From NCBI RefSeq assembly GCF_032062105.1, contig NW_026928083.1:62001-126000 (forward strand): a stretch of 64,000 bases of DNA, read 5' to 3'. The position numbers were made by a program, and so were the translations under genes. How positions within the stretch are numbered: the first letter of the stretch is position 1; each line of letters starts with the position of its first letter. The notes beneath the pieces were generated by a model. That model made no database searches. It saw only the letters and a program-made list of their open reading frames with translations, and was not told the DNA's origin. Of the stretch, positions 61,307 through 64,000 are shown in pieces. The DNA is from Saccostrea cucullata. Taxonomy: Eukaryota.

Positions 61307-64000
61307 AGTATTATTACTTCTGTGTCACGTAATACACATTTACTCAGAAGGCGGGTGTAAAGACGAATAATGGCCCCCATAGAAAAATGAATGACCATTC
61401 TTCTACGGCGAAAAATAACCCCGGCCATTCTTTATCGTTAAGACATGACCCTGGTTATCATTCGGCGTCGAACAATGACATTTTGCCCGTAGAAAATTAA
61501 GCGTCATTATCCTAAATATTTGCACACTCAACGTGAGGTAAAAAATGAGAATAACCTCCCCTTGTGGATTAAAGTTGAAATTTTAGGGGGCAAAAAAAAA
61601 AATAATAAAGAGACGTATTGGACAAATTGCTCAACTGAGCTAAATTAAGAAATGAATTTAAGATATTTTGATCTCATTAAATAATAAAATTAAATTTCGT
61701 TAAAGCCAATTAGATGATTCAGAATGTAAAGGAGTAAAGGATTTATCGAGACGTAAGGGTTAGTTGAACATTATTTTGCGATGGCGAAAAATCATTGCTC
61801 TGACAAAAATGCTGCTATATCATATATTATTAAGAAGAAGGAGGTTATATAGTGATCGGGATGTTCTTCCGTCAATCGGTGTGTACCTCTGTCCCTCCGT
61901 CCGTCTGATTCGCTTATTGATACCAATCTCCTATCAACAACTCCTCTTATACCGCTGAATGAAATTCAATGAAACTTTCACGGAATATTTCTTAAATAGT
62001 GCCATTGTGCATCACCTACTTTACTTTTTGACCGGACACATACTGCAAGTAGTTTTAATTCCATGGTGCTAAATTTTCACGATTTCTTGAAAAGTGCCAA
62101 CCACGATGGTTTTAATTTCACCCTGCAAGAACTTAATTTGAATTCCGTCTGCGTATTTTTTTAAAAAACCAAAGATAGCATTTACCATGGACTTAATTTT
62201 GCGGATTTCCCATAACAAAATCTTGGGTATTGTCACTCTATCTTTAGTATTGAAGAGTTCCTATATGTCTTTTCTGCAACTCCTCCTATACTACTGAATA
62301 AAATGTAATGATACTTTCACATTTATTTTTCATGTCATTATGCACCACCTACCCGAATTTTTGATCTGACTCTCCTTTTGTTTTTCCTAGAGCAAAGCAT
62401 GGACTATGCCATTATAATAACCATATGGGAGGCGGGAGTATCACATAGTGAGCTAAGTGCTCACAGTACCATACCACCCTTATACTCAGTTCAGTGTATA
62501 TTTTTCAGAGAGTTTAGTAGGAAAATCAGAACGAACATTTTCATTTTTGTAAGGTTATATTCACACTGAAGCAAAATATGAAAAATTAATTGACAGTTCC
62601 TTTTTTTATGTGTACTTCTAATGTGTACCCGTGAAGTGTCTAGTAAACAAACCATACACACTCAAAACTAGAGGCACTGTAAGCTATGAGCTCACTAGAT
62701 GATACCCCTGTCTTCCATATGATTATAATGGCAACGTTCGTGTTTTGTTTTGTGAAACCCGAGATAAGTGTCAGATCATGAAGTGATGGTTGTGTTAAAA
62801 TGTCCACATGGAAATCGAGTGTTGTTTTTTTTATTGCCTCAATGAAGTAATTCTTTATTGATAAAAAACATAAAAGCCTGTGGCTATGTTTACAAAGATA
62901 TCTTAAGATTTGTCTTAAGATGTGTCTTAGGATATATGTCTTAAGACATATCTTAAGATGATCTTAAGACATATCTTATCATGTAAATCAAAGCTGTCTT
63001 AGACAGATCCTAAGTTACGATATCATAACTTTTGTCGGATTCTAATATATTCTTTGTTTCAAAAGTACATACTGTTAAACCATAGATTTCGATTTATGTT
63101 TTTAATATTTAAATCTAACTTATGCTATATCTAGCCAAGATTGTTGTTAATTATTACAATCTGCCGTTGAACTGACATAATTTAACTATAATTTAGACGC
63201 AAATCAAATGATTGCGGGATATCATTCTGTGTTAGACTAGATCCGCCGCATGTAGATATGTGTTTGTTATTGATATAGTTTCCTACTGACCAATTGTTAA
63301 CTATGAACTCGATCAAGCATGTGTAACCGGAAGTAGAACTCTTCAGTGTATAAATTACCAAAGTTACTAGCCAACTTGGCTGAAAGGAGTAAACTATCTC
63401 CAGTTATAAATGATCAACCCAGGTAAGGGGATTTCTGAACTATGGTCAACGCTAAATGAAAACACAGTTGTAAGTTTTATCAATTTAATAAAGTGAGAAT
63501 TAACCGTTGTAAATGATAACAAATAATAAATAATGATCAAAATTTAACAAACAGAAAAATCTTTGAAAATGGCACAGGATAAATAAAGCTTTAACAAAAA
63601 TGTAATTTAATCTGAAAAATGAATCTCAATAATCTCAATGAATAATCTCAATAAATAAATAATTGAAAAATGTAATGAAAAATGGGAGGAATGTGGCAAA
63701 ACTATGAAAAATAATCTATGTCCCTACTGAGCTGCCATACTTATCAAAAAGGTGAAAAATCCTAAAGAGATAAAAAAAAAATATAAAGGGAATGAGCTAC
63801 ATCACCCAATATGACTTCTATCAACACTCTAGAGTTGAACTGAAAATATCAATGCTAATTCTAGGCTCTAAAAATAACTTACCCAGAAAATAAACAACAC
63901 CCAACAATAAATAATAAATAGTGGTTCTAGAAAATAGACCTGTTATCTACATATCCCTAGACTAGGCTGGACTTGGAAAGGGAAACTTAATTTACTTTTA

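Noticed and set aside
61860-62475. Short duplicated segment (61935-62030 similar to 62275-62370) with an intervening MITE-like piece
   Set aside because: Probably an old Helentron-like remnant, too degraded to define boundaries.
62882-63020. Cluster of TCTTAAGA palindromic repeats
   Set aside because: It looks like the subterminal repeats of a truncated MITE; no second terminus or TSD could be defined.

Overview
AT-rich eukaryotic (spliced-gene) DNA, very likely from an oyster or related bivalve; this is inferred from the Helentron-associated ~166-bp satellite, Naiad repeats and gene families. Host genes: (1) an intact single-exon ankyrin-repeat + Mab-21/cGAS-like receptor (cGLR) with a complete nucleotidyltransferase triad; (2) a 6-exon non-alpha nAChR-like Cys-loop channel; (3) a tyrosinase-like gene that has lost two of six copper His ligands and has an in-frame stop; (4) a RING-less B-box/beta-propeller TRIM-like ORF. 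About half of the window is mobile DNA. It includes a complete 10-kb AcademH transposon (TAG..CTA TIRs, 9-bp TSD, convergent RecQ helicase and DDE transposase) whose transposase is split by a Tx1/L1-clade LINE, and an Academ-type MITE with a 9-bp TSD. It also includes a Naiad-type Penelope-like element with N-terminal GIY-YIG, pseudo-LTR, a structured 3' RNA and many dispersed fragments. The rest comprises a full BEL/Pao LTR element with a non-canonical primer site, Helentron/HINE satellite elements, four Crypton-like long hairpins and several MITEs. All calls come from reading the sequence by eye; no database searches were run.
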